A DNA stretch of 64,000 nucleotides from the human T2T-CHM13v2.0 reference genome, Homo sapiens: the NCBI RefSeq assembly GCF_009914755.1, contig NC_060933.1; one strand, 5' to 3'. A program made the position numbers and the translations under genes. This document shows positions 40,100 to 54,712 of the stretch, one piece after another; the first letter of the stretch is position 1; each line of letters starts with the position of its first letter. The notes under the pieces were generated by a model, which saw nothing but the letters and a program-made list of their open reading frames with translations, did no database searches and was not told the origin of the DNA.

Positions 40100-40345
40100 A
40101 GAAATGTGGCTACTCCAAATTGAGAGGTGCTGTGAGAGTAAAGTATACACTAGATTTCAAAGACTTTAAGCAGGAAATAAAGCACGTATAAATACCAAAA
40201 TAATAATTTTAATGCTGATTTCATGCTGGAATGATAATACTTGGGATACAGATTAAATAAAATCTACTAATAAAATTAATTTAATTTGGCCTTTTAAACT
40301 TTTGTATTGTAGCAAATAGAAATGTACATACGTGACTGGAAATTG
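40100..40345 (+). mobile_element. MER33-like Charlie element missing one end
   Basis: gaaatgtggctactccaaattgagaggtgctgtgagagtaaagtatacactagatttcaaagactt...aatgataatacttgggata. Confidence 0.8.
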
Positions 40346-42447
40346 CTATTCTGGGAAAATGATTTTGATATGGAAAAGATATTAGCTTGAGAAATTTGTA
40401 CTGATCCTGATTTGTTTACAGATTAGCCTATTTAAAACTTCTAGTTCCATTGCCATAGTGGCAGAGCAACAGACTTTGAGAAAATGGAAAACATGACAGG
40501 CGAATGCTTCCATTGAAGGCAACACTTAAGAGTCTAGATTGTGGAACATTTCTTTGGTTTGGAACAGGCCTGCAATGCTGGGCCACTGTAACTAGTGACA
40601 TGAATTAGATACACTCTGAGTGCTTCACATCTGAGTCATTCTTGTTTTCCTCTTTCAGTTAAAATTAAACAATACTTGGAAAAATGATATTCCCTTCTTC
40701 AGGATATCATAGTGGAAATACTATGAACCTCTTGATTTTGGAGACCTGGTAACATGTTTTGGCTCTTAACAGCACTGCCTATATTATCTTAAGAATGTCA
40801 CTTCACCTCTCTGATTCTGTATTCTGCCATTTATAAAATGGAGATAATAATACTCCTCCCAGATTAACTAAATGTTATCTTATGTTAAATGAAATTCAAT
40901 CCAGTGTCTATCATAAAAAGAGTTTAATAAATGACTTTCATTCTTTCTTTTCCTTCTCTATATAAAGAATACCTATTTATTCTTCGTAACTCAAATAAAA
41001 GGTCACCTTTCCTGTGAATCATAGCTAGGCACTTCGCCCCTCTATTTTCCATGAAACGTCATCCACATTTTAATTATTTGGTGCCATATCTGTTTCTCCC
41101 AGTGGACTCCTGTGAACTTCTTGAGGTCAGGGCCTTTCTAATTGAAACCCCAGTATTTAGCACAAAATCTGAAAACCAGACCGTACTCAAGATGTGTTGG
41201 ATGGATAGAATAAGAGAATGGCTGGGTGTTTATGGCTCAGCCCTTGAAATCTTTGGGGCTGGAATACAAAGAAAGCATTTCAATGATTCTCTAAATAGTA
41301 CTATTCCAGAAAGGTGAAGAAAGGAAAGTATAACATCTGTTTTTGTGTTCCATTTTTGTATGGCTTCCCATCTGGCAAGCAGTCCGTAAGGGACTGCACT
41401 ATCATTGCTGGAAAAACATAGAAAATCAAATACTCTTGGCACCGTATCACTCCATGGCCTTACATAAAAAATAAGCCACTACACCAAGAAGCCACTACAC
41501 CACTGTCTCTAAGCCTCACCTCCCTTTGCTAAGCATTGGCTCCACTCCCAACCATACTCCACAAGCCTTTCCCCAGCCAATCCTGTGCGCCTTCTTTTTC
41601 TGTGCCTTTGCTCATGCAAATGTTCCACCTGAAGTAATCCTTCTCTTCCTACTCGCACTTCTCTACTCTGCCCCCCAACTTGAGCCTTAGTAAATGCCAT
41701 GTCCTTTAAGATACATTTCTAAGCCTGCTTCTGCTGTCTTCCCTATTCAAACCAATGTAAATGATCTCTACAGCCTTTCTCCTTATACAGCACATTGTTT
41801 GCAGTTCCATCTGGCAACTGAAAAGCTTTTCTTGATCCACCAGTTGTTTTTGTCAAACCCTTTAGAATACAAGTTCCAGGCTGGAAGGAACTAGATTCTA
41901 TTAACTGTATCCATTGTGATGTCTGGTTCAGGGACTTGTACTTTATAGGCATTAAGAAATTTGTAGTACGACTGAAGTGAATCCCAGGATAAAATATTTA
42001 AGCCAGTGGATAGTATGACTTCCTAAAACTTCTTAGCATTTTGTTTTTACAGACATTAATTCTGATTCTATTTGCATATTATTTACCTGAGTCTAATATC
42101 TCATATCTTCTGATTCTTTTCAAACAGGGAATTCTAAGTTTCCCTTCAACAACAAAGAATGTAACCTGGACTCCACATATCTTGCAGGCAGTGGGCATCA
42201 CTGAACCGTGTGAGGAATGAGAGAGGGTGGAACAAATTCATTGTTACCAAGAGCAGCAACTGGTGAAGATGTCAAGGCCTACTGGGCAAGGTAATACTTT
42301 AATGACCTACAAAATAAATGTTTTAAATTATATATTCAAAATTTGTCTGTTGAGGTATAGAAAAAATTACCTGTTTTAATAAAAGGTTGAATCCATTTAT
42401 GTTTAAAAGGAATATGTTACAAACACTCAACATAACATTTTTAAATA

Positions 42448-42785
42448 CAGTCATACCCCTCATAATGATGTTTTAGTTGATGACATATCACACATAAGAC
42501 AGTGGCCCATAAAAGTAAAATACTGTACTTTTTGCTATGCTTAGATATGTCTAGATACACAAATACTTACCATTGTTTTACAGATGCCTACAATATTCAG
42601 TACTATAACATGCTGTACAGGTTTGTAACCTAGGAACAGCAGGCTATACCATATAGCCTAGGTGTATAATGGGCTATACCATCTAGATTTGTAGAAGAAT
42701 ACACTATTTTATGTTCATACAATGACAAAATCACCTATCAACATATTTATCAGAACATATCTCATCATTAAGCAACACATGACTG
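42448..42785 (+). mobile_element. Complete Tigger3a-like MITE with TIRs and TA TSD
   Basis: TA|cagtcat...atgactg|TA; internal aggctataccatatagcctaggtgt. Confidence 0.92.
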
Positions 42786-43499
42786 TATTTGGAGTTGTTG
42801 TTCAGTATTTATTAACTCCTAATTAGATATCATTAGCTAACTCTAACTCAGGATAGCTATAACTATAGAAATGAAATTTTAAAATCTCACTCTATGTAAA
42901 CAGCATTATGTCATTCATTATTCACTTTCAAAATTTTATTTCATGCGATTATCAGATGACTGTCAAGTATCTACTGTGACTTTTGTGGCATAGCTTGTAG
43001 CAGTCAAAGGTAGAAACCTGAGTTAACTGGCAACAGTTATTTTTCTGGTTTATCTCAGCAATGTTTTAACTTGAAGATTGCTTGAAGATTAAGTCCAAGG
43101 CTACTTGCTGCCTGGCTGGCCAACCTCTTCAGCCCTCGTTGGGAGCCAAAGATAATGTAGTCAAGGCCCCAAACCTATTGATCTAAATGGTGATCAATGT
43201 AATTATTTGATTCTGTATGTGGGCCTGAACACCTAGCATTAGTTTCAAAAACTTCCACTATAAAATAGTCATGATAACATATTTACTTCTCAGGGTTGTT
43301 GTCAGTATTAAATGAGACAATTGTTTAGGACTATGAATAGAATCAATACTCACTAAACATTAGGCGATTACTTCACTAAGTAGGAGAATAAATGAGAAGT
43401 AGGAAAAAAAGCAAAGGCCACTTTATAAATGTGAAAGTGTCTAAGAAAACATCACCTGAACCTCAAAATGAAAACCAAGCAGTGACAGTCAGTGAAAAG

Positions 43500-43690
43500 G
43501 ATTTTCAATCAGCCAGTTGTGGTTCTAAATCCCAGATTCACAATTTACAAGCTGAATGATATTAAACAGATTGCTTAAGTTTTCTGAGCCTCCATTTTCT
43601 TATCTATAAAAAGGACCTGATAAGGACTGCCCCATAGGTTGTGAGAATTAAGGGAGATAGCATATGTAAAGCCCTGAAATTTAATAAACC
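43500..43690 (-). mobile_element. MIR
   Basis: ggttctaaatcccag...gcttaagttttctgagcctccattttcttatctataaaa...ggttgtgagaattaa. Confidence 0.8.
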
Positions 43691-44324
43691 CCAAGAGGAA
43701 AATGTAAAAGGGTAAAATTAGTGCAACGTTTGTATATGGGCTGGCCCACCATAGCTGTTGATATGAAAGATGCTCTGTTTATTTTGTGATTCTCCCTGAA
43801 ATAAAAACAGCTTCCCAGACTATTTTAAAGTAATCTAGCCAAGCTACAGCCATGCCACCTTGTTATCGCTGTTTGGGCCAGGAATATGTTTACCTGTTGA
43901 ATTTTTTAGACAGGACATCAATAAACAGGCAGAGCACTTTGAAAAGCCGATTGTACCATGAGCAGTCCTCAGGGAGAAACAGAGTAGGCTAGATGGATTA
44001 CCGGAATGCTGCGTAGAGGTCAATGTTGTTTGGAACCAGACTTTAAAGAGATCATGTCTCAATGCTTCACTGTGATAGAGTTCGTGAAATGTCTTTTCTA
44101 AAACACTCACAGCTTCTTCCTCCTGGGTCCTCACGATTCTTTTATAGCTCCAAAAAGCCTTTATTCTTTATTTTGTCCCACCCCTTCAGATAATCCCAAA
44201 GATATAATTAGCTTTAAATCTCACTAATTTGTTCAACCCCAGACCTTGGACATACTAAGTATCCAGAGAATGTTTATTGAATAAAAGAAATAATTTATTC
44301 AAAATACAATAACTATATAGTCAT

Positions 44325-44810
44325 GATGGCAGAGTAAATTGGTATAACTTCTTTAAAAAACAACAGACAATTTATAACAAGAGATATTAAAATGCTTACT
44401 CCCCATGACCCTGTAATTTAACTTCTATGAAATAGTTCAATAGAAAAATAAAGCTGTATTCATGATGATGTTCTGTACTGGACAGTATTATTAGGAAAAT
44501 TATAAATATTTAACAAAACAATTACTCAAGTAGATTATGGCATCCCTCATAATGTAATATTATGTCCACACTAAAAGAAATAATTACAAAGATATTATTA
44601 CAATATTTTATGAAAGAAATTGGCAAAAGCAGTACCATATAAAATTTCAATTATGCTATGTTAATAACTATATAACATAAATATAACCTCATATAGCTCC
44701 TACAAAAGGAAGCAAAAACATGAAAAGTTGTTAATTCAGGGTAGTCCAATTACTGATATTTTCCTTGATGAAAATATTCTTTACTATTGTTTTTATTTTT
44801 TAACATTAAA
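44325..44810 (+). mobile_element. Old L1 (L1ME-like) 3' region
   Basis: gagtaaattggtataacttcttt...catgaccctgtaatttaacttcta...agattatggcatcc. Confidence 0.6.
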
Positions 44811-46069
44811 CAGAGGAGAAGAGCCTTATAACTTCTCCTGTTATACAAAATATTAAGTACCAGGAAAGCAGAATTAAGTATCATTGAGTGTGTTCCTGTA
44901 TCAGACCATCACAGAAGCCATATACCCAGCATGGAAGTCATTATGCTTTGTGATGATGACTTACTTCAGTGTCTTTCTTCTTCACTGGATAGTAAGCTTT
45001 TTCAGGCCATGTGAAGGCAAGGACTATATATGTCTTATTTAGTGCTTATCTCCGGCATTTTTACAACACACACGTGGTAAGTCACATGCAATTTGTATAA
45101 TTAATAAAAATAAGGAAGGTACATTGCCCAAAACATGTCATTTTCATACATTGGCTGTTACCAGAAAATACACTGCAAATTCATCTTTTTAGTTTTAAGA
45201 AATGAAATGGTTTAAACTGTTGTCATCTACAGCTGGTATTTTGCTGAGAGCTAACTTTGCTAATTCATAAGTGGAGTGACAAATGCACTAAAGGTCAGTA
45301 GAAAGCATACCATAGATATATCTTGTTTATTTTACAACCATGTGTAGGTATAGGCCCTTTGATTTGAACTTGTACTACTGCTCACTAGATCTAATATAAT
45401 ATATAATAAACAAGCTACAATAAAACAAGCATTAAAATCAACAAATCTTCAATTACTCAAATATGCATTTTACATTGTTTGTGACATTATGCATATAGAT
45501 GAAAAGTAAACCATAAGAATATCAATTAATATTGAGTAGTTACTTAGAAAAAAGTTTTCTAAAGGATGTCCAGACCTGTCACAATCTTTCAAATATTTGA
45601 TTTCCTACAAATTAACAATATAAACAATTATAGTCTTAGGAAATTTGAGTTTAGAGAGGGCTTCAGAGATGAATAATCTAATTTTACAAATGAATAAGTG
45701 GAGGATCAAAGAGGTGAAGTGGTCATCAATTGGTGATCTAATTCAGAACTCAAGGCCAATCACCACTCAGTGGCTAATCCAAAACTCAAATATTAGACTC
45801 GACTTCAAGTCAAAGACATTTACATCATCAATGAATTCCTGAGTGATGTCTCTAAAATATCACAAAATTTATTGTTATCAAGGAAATATTTGATTCTGCT
45901 CACGAAATTATATGTACTGAAGCAAGGAAAATGCCTCTGAGTAAAGAGACAAAATCCACACAAATCCCAATCATGGCTTTATAGTTATATCAATGAATAT
46001 TTTTGGAAATAGGAGTAATAACAAAAATATACTTTTTAAAATCTTAACCAAAAAAAAAAAAAACATTCC

Positions 46070-46369
<300 letters not shown>

Positions 46370-48606
46370 TTAATTGCAGATTTATTTACATAAGGTTTCA
46401 CTTGGGAAATTCAAACTTTCATAAAGTCTGTTCCCAATGTTATGCTGCTACAAACATAAGTTAAAGAAAATGAAAAAGCTGATTTAAAAAAACTGAAACG
46501 TAATTTTAATAACCACATCTTTTAAAACCTTTGTGCCTGGGAAGATAAAATAAAACTAATTTCTAGGTGATTTTTCAAGCAGTGAGCTTTGAAAATTATC
46601 CTCCTAATATACAAATTCTTTGATTTCTAGTGGTCACTATTTGATTGGAAATAGTACATATTGTGCAATTTACAAACCAAAGACATAGCTAACTCATTTC
46701 AAAAGATTACTTTGAAGACATTTACTTAGAATCATTTCTAACGTTCAAAGAAATAATATCCACATGGAACTTGGATACATATTTCTCTGTCAATAGGATA
46801 ATTTGCCACAAGCAATTACAAAGCATACATTTAATGTAATACTGTCTTCAGAATTTTCAGACCACTAAATCAGTTTCCCTTGTCAGTTCCAAAGGTGTGA
46901 GGTACAGGGATGTTTAAGACCTATTAAGCTTAATGACCCTTCCATCTTGTTAAAGAAAATTAAAGGACAGCTTTCTCAATGAGACTTTTACATTTAAAAT
47001 GATGAAGGACCACTAAAGACAAATGATTTGCAGAAAGAATAGTGCATGAACATAAAAATTTTTAAATTCTTAGAGCTGTCTCTATAAACAGCCAGTTACA
47101 ACTCTTTTTCAGGTAATTTGTATAGGTAATATTAAACTATGTTTGGATGTTTCAGCTGGCTTTAAATGAAAGTACAGATTTGATATTTAAAAGCTTGATT
47201 TTGAAATAATTTGGAAATAAATTATTATTGTGTTATTATGCAAATTATTTAAATAAAATAAAAATTTTGATATAAAACCAAGCAGTTATTTTCTGCTTTG
47301 TAATTCTGTATCTTCAATAGCATATTAGAGAAATATTTATATAATTAAACACAAAAATATGGCTACTGTTTTTTAAACTATACTTTTTTAAATTTATGAA
47401 TTTAATAATTTATTCTTTAATCTGAATTCTAGTTTGGTTTTACTAGCTCCATGTTTTCCAAAACATAAATATGTAAAGATAGAAATTTACAAAGAAAAAC
47501 TGGGTTCCATGATCCATTTAACATATTCTGGCTAACATTAAGTAAGCTAGTTTACTGCAGAAACTTCCCATGACTTTTAACATGCTAATGTGCATTATGA
47601 ATCTGTACTGGGGGCTACTGTATAAAGTATTTCTTTAGAAGAGTTGACCACCCTCTCCTTTTTATGATGCATCACTCCAGACCAGAATTTGCGGTAAACA
47701 TATTGATAAATACGGATTTAATTACAAATCATGAAGTGACTTTTTTCAGTCTTTATGGTTTCTGGTAAAACCAGATATTTATGCATGTTTATGTGTGTTT
47801 ATGTGTCTTTGTATATGCATATACGGAAATTTACTTTCCCAGGTATGGCAGAAACTCTCAGTTCTTTATGTCAGTTATCAATTCTATCCTTCTTTAGTAA
47901 TGAGTGTCCAATTTTTAGCAGTGTACACTGTCACCTAGAATAAAGCCTATGTTTACCAGCCAGCTATGTGATATGTAAGAACTATGACATGACAGCTTTT
48001 GAGAAATCTTAAAAGATACATAGTATGTGCTCTTTGACACCCCTGTGTTTTTTCTTCCATGCTGCTACTGTAAACCTAGATGTACTGTGTATCCAGAGCA
48101 GGTACATGCTGCTGTGGCATTTCCTTTCCATTCACCACTCCACCATCTCTAGCATGTGATTGTCATTCTAACAGCTCAAAATGCCTTCTTGTTCTGAAAA
48201 TTACCTTCTCCTCTGAAGAGGAATTAGATTTTCAGCAGGACAATAATACAGTCATGTGTCTATATTATAATGCAGTTTCGTGGACTCCACTGGGTTAGTA
48301 AGAGTCTTGCTCCCTGAATTTGTTAACCAATTGTATGGAAAGAGTAGAGTCTTGAAAGCTGAGGGATTAGAATGGAAGCATGCTGAGGGGTTGACTTACC
48401 AAATCACATCCTTGAGCATCCCAGAGATGGCCTGTTTTTCTACTTTCTGAAGCTTGGCTATGCAATATGTTTTTGGATTTTCTTTTCCTGCCTGAAGCAG
48501 CCAGAACTGGTTTCTGTTACTTCTAGCCAAAAAAACCAATTACCCCTATCAGCTTTGATTAAGATACAGTGAGTTTGAAGGAAATACAACATAAAGAGAT
48601 TGCATT

Positions 48607-49090
48607 TGTAATGCTTAATTTTGTATGTCAACTTGAGTGGGCCATAGAGTGCCCAGATTAAACATTATCTCTGGTTATGTCTGTGAAGATGTTTCCAGAT
48701 AAGATTGGCATTTGAATCAGTACGATCAGTAAAGTAGATTGCCCTCTTCAATGTGGTTGAGTGTCATTCAATCCACTGAGGTACAGAAAAAAAAAAGTTA
48801 AAGATGGACAAATTTGCCCCCTTTTATTTCTGCCTCACTGCTGAGCTGGGACATCTCATCTCATCTCCTCCTGCCCTCAGACTGTAATCTACACCATGGG
48901 CTTCCCTTGTTTTTAGCCTTTGGACTTGTGCCAAATTACAACACTGTTTTTTCTAGGTCTTCAACTTGCAGACAACAGATCATGAGACTTCTTAGCCTGT
49001 ATAACTGCGTCAGCCAATTCTGCATCATAAATGTCCTTTTATACATTTCTCACATTGATTCTGTTTTTCTGGAGAAACTTGACTGATACA
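48607..49090 (+). mobile_element. Solo ERVL LTR (MLT2D-like)
   Basis: tgtaatgcttaattttgtatgtcaacttgagtgggcca...cttgcagacaacagatcatgagacttcttagcct...ttgattctgtttttctggagaaacttgactgataca. Confidence 0.9.
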
Positions 49091-51160
49091 ACAGCTAACA
49101 AACCATTGGTTAAACAAAAACAAAATTTAAGAAATCAAACCAGAAAACATAATTAGGGGGTATTTGTACTGACAATGCAATTCAAATCCCTTCCTACTCC
49201 CTTTCCCAATACTTTCCAGTAATCCTTGAACTCATAAATAAAAAACTCTATTATTTCCAGTGCATACTAGCAGGTTTTCCTGTCCTCATGCTCTCCCTCT
49301 TCATGAGCACCTGCCAGGTTACCTCCCCCAAACTTTGTATTCCTTATTTTAGTCAGAAAACATCAATGTTTCTTTCTTGCCCATCAAATCACTTTCAAAC
49401 TCACCTCTCCAATTTCCAGTATTTTCATTACCTAATCCTGTCTTAACTGTCTATTCAAAAAGATTTTTCGTCAAATTCCTGTTGATAGGCATGAAGAAAG
49501 TTAATTATCACAGTATTTTTAAGTTTTTTAATCCTTGGCAAAAAAATAATTTCACTATTAAAAATTATTCCTAAGTCACATAAAAATGTGTACATTTTTG
49601 TTTAAAAGATACATTCCACATATTTGCAGTAAGTATGTAATTATTGTAAAATCCTTGTGAGAAATCACTGTTAAAATTTCTTGTAATTAAGGTAATAACT
49701 GAAAAGAGAGAGTCACCTGCTCATTAAAATTTCCTTATGTGAAATAATGGCCTGTATTTTGGATGTCATCACTGTCGATCATTTCTACCACAGAAGAGGT
49801 TATACACAGGAGAGATAACATCTCTCCTTTTCTTTAAAACAGCAAAGCTCTTTGTATCAACTCTCCCAAAAATGTGATGGTCCAAACTCTCCAACTTGAA
49901 AAGCAGAGCGCTAGAGCTGAAATCAATTTAGCAATATCTGAAAGCTGCATAATAAACTTCTGTGGATCGGATAAAAAGTTGGTAAAAAAGCATCTGACTG
50001 GTCTCCAGGTCCTTTTTATTTTAAATTTTTGCCCCACTTATATTTTTAAAAACTGAAGTTAGTCTCGGTTTAATAAAGAGAATCACCCCAATTTTGACCA
50101 GTACCTAATACACCACCCCACTTTCATTCCGAGTCAACTCTAGGAGAAAAGTAATTAAGGTAATTGCTCTGCACCTCAAGCTTTTCAGTATTAGGATCTC
50201 ATCAGTATTAGGATCTTACCTAAAAAAAGGGATAGAAACTCTTATGGATTCATTCAGCCCACTGATCTATCAACTTCACTAAGACAGTACTGTAGAGATT
50301 CTACCATTGCTCCAGCTTTCTAACATAGCAGCTATTTTAGTTTTTTGTTTTGCTTTGTTTCCTCCCCATTCACTGCTAACCTTATCAGTTTTAATCTGTT
50401 TCTAAAATGATGAAACAAATCAGGTCATATTCTCTTGGCCATGAAATAGATAGGGCTGGCTTTGGAAGCTCAAAACTTCCAGAATTTCTAACAATTTCTG
50501 GAATTTGTTGTGTCCTTGCCCAGTTTATAAATTCATTTGCACCTCCAGTCATTCTTCATGTTGTTCCTTACTAAACACCCTTATTCCACCATCCAGCTGT
50601 GACAGTCAGACTAGTCCTTCAAGCAGAAATTTTCATCACAACCCTTCCTAATCTCCCCAGTGCATATTGGCTTCTTTCTGTTTCATTATTCCATTGCACT
50701 TAGAGGAAGTACCTCACAAATTAGCTTTATTACTCAGTTTTATGCTGTTGTTGTTGATGTCATTTCTGCTTTCTTTACCAGATTGTAAGCTCCTAGGTAA
50801 AAAATCTAGACACCGTCTTCTTAAAGTCTACTAGGAGACCACCGCTCAGTCAACGTTTCTTGATTGCACAATAAAAGGCGATGCTTTTGTCATCCTAGTC
50901 ATTAACATTGCTTTCTTGGCAAGCCACATTTGCCTTCCCACTTCATGGCCAGCGCATGTTCTGCATGTTACATCTGTTTGGAATACTCCTTATCCTACAT
51001 TTGATGTAGCTAACCACTCCTTCCTCTTCAGGTCTCCAACAGGGTCTTACTTTCTCAGACAAGCATTTCTTAAGCCCAAAACCAGTTTCTTTAATTCTTG
51101 ACTGTTGCATTTTTTTACAATTGTAATTGAATAATTGGAAATTAGTTAATTACTGCTGTT

Positions 51161-51378
51161 CGGTGGTCCTCAATTATGGGTGATTTTGCCCCCATAGGAC
51201 ATTTGGCAATGTGTGAAAACATGTTCGCTTATCACAACAGGGGTTGAGGGAGGCTTGCTACTGGCATACAGTGAGTAGAGGCCAGGAATGTTGCCAAACA
51301 TCCTACAACGCACAGGACAGCCCTGTACAACAATCATCCAGACCAAAATGTCGTAAGAGCTAACGCGTAGAAATCCTG
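51161..51378 (+). mobile_element. MER20 (hAT-Charlie)
   Basis: gggtgattttgcccc...ggacatttggcaatgt...gctactggcat...agtagaggccagg...aaacatcctacaacgcacaggacagccc. Confidence 0.9.
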
Positions 51379-52690
51379 TCTAGCTCAATGGTATAATGTC
51401 ACACCAAATGAGTGCTTTTACATTCACTGTCAAGCTGTTGAAAATATTATGAGACTCAGCTGTATAAAATTCTGAGATATTGAGGATGTTATCTACCATA
51501 TTAAACACTGTTCTCTTTGAGGAAAAAAAGCTTTTTTCCTCAGGAAAAGTCAAACCTTTTTATTCAATGAGTCTTTTAAATTATTGTTTTTCTCTATGTC
51601 ATTGGCTGCTGGAAAATTAGATCCGAATTTGCCGCCCACCTGTAACAATAATATATGAATATATGGTATTAATTCATACTGATTTTATTCCTGGTTTTAT
51701 TACTTTCTATTTTCTTTTATCTAAATTTATTCAGCTGTTTCTTTCCTTCTGCCAGGTGTATACAAATCCATTTTTCAGATTTAGACTTAGACATAAATAA
51801 CCCCCTATCAAACTCAAAGGGGAACAGCTTGTCAGTAAACAATATGCTTTGGATCAATATAGCTTTCAGACAAATAAGAGAATAAATTTATTAATATTTA
51901 CAGAGTCACAGAATAATAACAATAGCCTAAATATGAAGTGATCTGGGAGGTGATATATCTAAATTTTTCATTTTATAGTTGAGGAAAACTGATTCAAAGA
52001 CATTAAATGCATTGTCTATGTTTACACAGCAGCACCAAAATTGTATTCAAGTACCTTGACTTCTATTATTCTAAAAGATATTTGCATGAATAAACAGTAA
52101 TACAAATCTCTGCTCCCATGTACTTCAGGTACCATAGGCTTGTGGGCAGTACAAGCAACTAGCACTTAGGAAGTCAAAAGTTTTAACTTGAAAATACCTG
52201 TGATTTGTGTAGGAAGAACATGACACCAACCACTTTAGAGTTCTGATGCCTTAACCACCTACTTCCTCAGCAGAAAATTACAAATTACTATGCTACTAAC
52301 TTCTATAACATCCTTGGAGAAATAATATATTTAAATGTATAGATTAATGTCTGATCCTGAGAAACAGGCAGATGCAACTGTCTCTTAGAGGTCTTCTGTG
52401 AGCAGCTCACATATGTCTAAAATTCATGTCTCCTTACTTAAGACATGCAGAGCATGGATTACTACCTTCAGTAAAATGTGATTAGTTATTCCACTTTCAC
52501 GATGTCTCTCACACAACTTCATGTTTAGTGTTTCTTTTCACTAACTTGTAAGATTTTTTTTTCCACTTTTGGTTTCCATCACTGAATTAGTCTTCTCGTT
52601 AATTTCTTCTTCAGTTTTGCATTAGAAAACAAAGAGTTCAAGACTTGTCCTCGCCACTTTTCTAGCCTTTAATTTACAAATATGTTATAA

Positions 52691-53122
<432 letters not shown>

Positions 53123-54375
53123 TGAAACACTTAAAAATGTAGACAGAATTCCCATCAGTATTTTTTATTCCATTATAAAATAAGCAAGCTTGAGTTAGGT
53201 TTCTTCTAAAAGTTTGTCCACAGTTGGGGAAATCACCCATCATATTAATTTTTGCATCCAAGCTATGAATCAAATTTCTCAAAGAATGAAGTGCCAAGAA
53301 AAATTATTTTTAAGACATATATGTATGTCTATATAAACCATAGGCTTTATGATTAATATATGTTTATATATAGTGTTAGTAACTATCTTTTAAATTCTTG
53401 GTATTATTTATATTCAAAAAATTTCAATATACCTTTTAAATCTTAATGGAATAAAATGATCTATGAATGTATTTTTTAGCTTTGCCTTACTAATTTTTTA
53501 AAAATTTGCCCTGAATTATTTCCTATTATGTGATATTAAAGATGTTTTAAGTGGCAATATATTCTAAGCAGTTTATTTTTAGTCCTATAAAAAAGGAAAC
53601 TGGATATTTCCTATTTTTTATGTTTTATTTCAAGCATAAGATATTTGAACAAATCAGAAGTAAAAAGAATATAGAGGGTTCTTTCCCTATTTATAAAACT
53701 GTATCCTTCGAAAATGTGCCTTGGCTCTAAGAACCTGTGGAACCAGTGGGCTTTTGGTGCCTAAATTTTACCATATATCCTCTAAGGCACTGAAAATGTG
53801 AGAGCGCATTGCCTAATGGGGAGCATTTCATTGATTTATTAGTAGCTGAACACATGCCAAGACATCCCTAGGATGCTCCTCACCCAACCCAAGGTGCTTA
53901 AATAAAAGCTGGACTGGAGAATGTGGCTTAGAACAAAAGATTCTGTGTTCTCTCAAAACGAAGATGAGCAGAGCTGCTTAACCTAAAAATTCAGAAAGGA
54001 AATGAGCATTCCCTTATAAGTCTGAACTTTGGTTTGAAATTTGGGACACACTAATCCCAACCACTAATAAAATGGAGCTAATTAATCCCCATCTTATGAC
54101 AATCAGACTGGCCGATTCTTCCTCTAGAACAGGCTTGGAGGAGAGAAGGTGGCCAAGAAGAGGGATTAGCAGAGGGGTAGAAGACTAGGAACAGGGCTGA
54201 AAGTGTCAGAAAAGGAGCTAAAATATCCCTTACATCAAAAGAGATGAAACAACTTATGGAGAAAAGTGGTAATCATGAGATGGTAAGTTTTTTAAAAGAC
54301 GTAAACAACTTTAAATTGCTTTCATTTCAAAATAGGCAGCCTATATAACAAACTCCACAAATTGATACTAAATAA

Positions 54376-54712
54376 TGTTGCAGGACTTTTCCTTAGTTCA
54401 TCTAAAGATGGGGTCCTTGTCCCACAGCCATGAAAATTTAGGCTTCCAGACAATTGAAAGTGAGAATAATGGGATTTATTGGGCAAAAAAGAAAAAAGAG
54501 GGAACAGGGACTGTCTACAAGGCCAGAGCTCCTGCTAGCGCGCTTCTCATCTCGTAGTTTGAATTCCAGGTTCCACACAGAAAGCGGAAGGACCAGGCTC
54601 CTCCCGGCTGCAAACAGTGCGAACTTTTGTGGGTCCACCCCAGTGTGCGTTCCTTCCAGTGCGCAACCTGGTTGGAGTTTTTCCGGGGACCCCCTCCCAC
54701 CCAGCTGCCTCA
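54376..54712 (-). mobile_element. Solo ERV1 LTR (MER61A-like) with 4-bp TSD
   Basis: Reverse strand starts tgaggcagctgggtgggagggggtccccggaaaaactccaacc; TG...CA ends; TSD ATAA at 54372-54375 and 54713-54716. Confidence 0.88.

Noticed and set aside
50185-50218. 17-bp tandem duplication (also a 16-bp one at 41473-41502 and an 8-bp one near 14725)
   Set aside because: Ordinary slippage micro-duplications.
54376-54712. CpG-richer patch as a CpG island or p53-responsive MER61
   Set aside because: Explained by the solo LTR; I see no clear RRRCWWGYYY pair.
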